From positions 1,827-65,826 of the forward strand of contig WRCX01000004.1 of assembly GCA_009783705.1 (NCBI GenBank): a stretch of 64,000 bases of DNA. Direction: 5' to 3'. A program made the translations under genes and the position numbers. Positions 61,771 to 64,000 of this stretch are shown here, piece by piece (the stretch's first letter is position 1; every line of letters begins with the position of its first letter). Under the pieces are notes generated by a model that ran no database searches, was not told the DNA's origin, and worked only from the letters and a program-made list of their open reading frames with translations. Origin of the DNA: Candidatus Bathycorpusculum hydrogenotrophicum. Its GTDB lineage: Archaea > Thermoproteota > Bathyarchaeia > Bathyarchaeales > Bathycorpusculaceae.

Positions 61771-62376
61771 CGACATGGTTTAGGGCAATACGTGCTCCAA
61801 AAAGGCACGTTTTAATTAAAACCATGTCGCCTAAAAAAGACCACACACTATTAAGGTGTTAAGTTCGTTTAGTGCCATGCTTGGTTGAGAGTGTGTTTGT
61901 TGTGTCCTAGTTTGGGGCAAGATGGTTCCTTTTTGGGACTGTCTTGACCAAAACTAGGGATCAGCCCAATATTATAGAACACACAATATATCAATACCTA
62001 AACCTGTAAGTACAAACATCTTTTGTTGTTTTTTTGTAGTGACATAGTTAGGGCAATACGTGCTCCAAAGGGGCACGTTTTGGCTAAAGTATGTCACTAA
62101 AAAGGAAGGCTAAAGTTGTGTTAAGAAGATTAGCTTTAGCAATAGTGGGTTGGGGGTTTGTTTATGTGTAGAGCCATAGTTTGGGGAAAATGATTCCTTT
62201 TGGGGGCTGTCTTGATCAAACTAGGCTTGTCAAATATTATGGAACACATCCACGTGTTTGTTTCTAAAGGCTGTAAAAACACAAATGCTCTTACAGTAAT
62301 GTGGTTTTTGGGAGGTTGTGACCTGATTTGGGCAATACGTGTTCTTTTGGTGCACGTATTGGGCAAAACAGGTCGC
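61771..62376. repeat. ~270-bp-period array of imperfect palindromes (A-B-A-B-A)
   Basis: GGGCAATACGTG at 61783, 62051 and 62330; TAGTTTGGGG at 61908 and 62178. Confidence 0.8.
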
Positions 62377-62761
62377 GCCCTGTACACAGCCTGTAGTTTA
62401 CCAATAAAACATGAAAACTACCATACCCACCACAAACAGTTCTTTGTATTTTGAAATTGGATGGTTATGGTTTTAGGTTAAACAAGGTAGTCTGTGTGTT
62501 GTTTTGATCAAGGTATGGTTGCTATCTATGCTGTTGTTGTGTGTAGTTTTTTGTGTAGTGTGTTTTCTTTAAAGTTAGGTGTTGTTTTGGTGAGGGGTTG
62601 GTTGTGTGGGGGCGAAAAAAGGGCAGTGGGGGCGAGTATGGGCAGAGTTGGTTTGGGTGGTGGTTAGCCTTTAAATATTTGAAGCGTGCATAAACTCTTG
62701 TTCTGTTAAGAACATTCTTGCCTGTTTGGTAGCTTGTCGGCTTTAAGACGTTTCTCCATAG

Positions 62762-63086
62762 CGGGAAACCACGGGAAACAACAATTTTACACTCAGTGTA
62801 AACTCTACTTCTCACAAAACTCACTAAAAACTCCAAACGGGAAACCCTCAAAAACAACTTATTTCATCAAAAGATAGCGGGAAAAACCAACCAAACAACA
62901 AATAAACTGAAACATACGTCTTATTTGATTAAAACAGCCTAAAACAAACACTAAAAAAGCAAGAAAAATAGAGTGAGACGGGAAACAAAAAGGGGAAACC
63001 CGGGAAACAGGCGGGAAACACACAACACAGCACGGGAAACACAAGACAAACGAGAAACAATAAAAACGCAAAATAGATAGGGAAAA
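62762..63086 (+). repeat. Cluster of CGGGAAAC octamers (7 exact + 4 variants)
   Basis: Exact copies at 62762, 62772, 62838, 62979, 63001, 63012 and 63033. Confidence 0.8.
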
Positions 63087-63123
63087 TGTTAACAAGTTAA
63101 TTGATGTTGAAAGGGCGTTTTGC

Positions 63124-63993
63124 CTATAGTTTTTTGTTTTCCAGTTTCTTTAGGGTATCCACACTTTTGTTGCGAAGCATAGCTGTCAACTGTTCTCTTG
63201 CCAAGCAATTAAGCTCCTCAACACGTTCCGACTGTGGCACACCCTTGCTTATGTAGAGTGCATTTACGTTTTCAAGATTCGCCAAAACAAGCAACTGCTC
63301 AATAGACGCATAATCCCTCATATTCCCAGTCTTATCCATATTATCTGCTCGCCACTGCGCTGCAGTAACTCCAAACAAAGCCACATTTAAAACGTCTGCC
63401 TCATCAGCATAAACAAACGCCTTCTGCTTAGCCGTAAGCATCTTTGGCACCAAATTATCTTTAATCGCATCGGTATGCACTCTGTAATTAATCTTTGACA
63501 AAATACGTCCAACATTCCACTCTAAAGAAACTCGTCTACTCTCATCAGACTTTAACCGCTGATAATCCTTAACAACATACAATTCAAACTCTGCTGAAAT
63601 CCATGATGCAAACTTGAAAGCAATATCCTTATGCGCAAACACTCCACCCCCACGCCCAACTTTAACCGAAATTCCAACTGCGTTTGTAGTGTTGACCCAT
63701 TTTTGGGGTGAAAGGGTAAAGGCGTTTGCTCCTGCTTCATGTAAAAACCTATCGAATTCGATAGGTTTAAAACTAGGATTATACAGCTGTTCCCACAAAC
63801 CCAAATACTCAATAGTATTTCGAGCCCGCATCCAATTATTAATCACAATAAAAGCATCATCAGCATTTTTGTACTTTGCAATATCTGTTAAACTGATAAA
63901 ATCGTCATCATTGTCACCAGTGCCTTTGGTTAATACGGTTATTTCTGTTCCTTTCGCAATGATTTTACCCTTGAAAACTCTGCAATCGCCCAA
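63124..63993 (-). CDS. KilA-N domain DNA-binding protein (start may lie beyond the window)
   Basis: FISLTDIAK, NWMR...YLGLWE, GRGGGVFAHKDIAFKFASW, ADEADVLNVALFG. Confidence 0.88.
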   Translation of the reverse strand: MGDCRVFKGKIIAKGTEITVLTKGTGDNDDDFISLTDIAKYKNADDAFIVINNWMRARNTIEYLGLWEQLYNPSFKPIEFDRFLHEAGANAFTLSPQKWVNTTNAVGISVKVGRGGGVFAHKDIAFKFASWISAEFELYVVKDYQRLKSDESRRVSLEWNVGRILSKINYRVHTDAIKDNLVPKMLTAKQKAFVYADEADVLNVALFGVTAAQWRADNMDKTGNMRDYASIEQLLVLANLENVNALYISKGVPQSERVEELNCLAREQLTAMLRNKSVDTLKKLENKKL

Positions 63994-64000
63994 AATAACT

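Larger units (their letters stand above)
57108..64000. mobile_element. tRNA-Cys-anchored integrative island (TA cassettes + integrase element; distal end outside window)
   Basis: tRNA 3'-end duplications, integrase, three TA loci, KilA-N, repeat-rich noncoding DNA. Confidence 0.8.

Noticed and set aside
61771-62376. Canonical integron attC sites
   Set aside because: No RYYYAAC/GTTRRRY boxes and no ORFs between the hairpins. Reported as an unexplained structure instead.
62522-63095. ORFs 62522-62857 and 62859-63095
   Set aside because: Low-complexity translations of the octamer/A-rich region with no recognisable domain.

Overview
Archaeal chromosomal window. Gene content and order suggest Bathyarchaeia (TACK), possibly an animal/termite-gut lineage; this is inference from homolog patterns, and no search was run. 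Core genes: a repair cluster (nth, xpd, clp1-like, radB), carS, topA, an N-glycosylation neighbourhood (OSTC/OST3-6-like subunit, aglB/STT3, GPT) and the rps19e-PDCD5-rpl39e-rpl31e-eif6 cluster interrupted by a complete IS1-family element. Also present: a five-gene HoxEFUYH (group 3d-type) NiFe hydrogenase operon, a 1509-aa adhesin-like protein, msrB, an LsrF-like thiolase/aldolase plus Zn-dehydrogenase, four mosaic paralogs of an unknown membrane-anchored family, sui1, tfb, tRNA-Gln, catalase, two purP paralogs, a UvrD-nuclease fusion, hdrCB, hycI and a class II purE. The most striking structure is at the right end. tRNA-Cys is followed by three small cassettes (1461, 935 and 842 bp), each carrying exactly one toxin-antitoxin pair. 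Each cassette ends in an identical ~62-bp arm that runs into a degenerate copy of the tRNA-Cys 3' end, and a tyrosine integrase follows the last junction. This looks like a tRNA-anchored, integron-like array of non-autonomous TA cassettes. Beyond the integrase lie covarying hairpin repeats, iteron-like octamers and a KilA-N gene. No CRISPR array or rRNA was seen.
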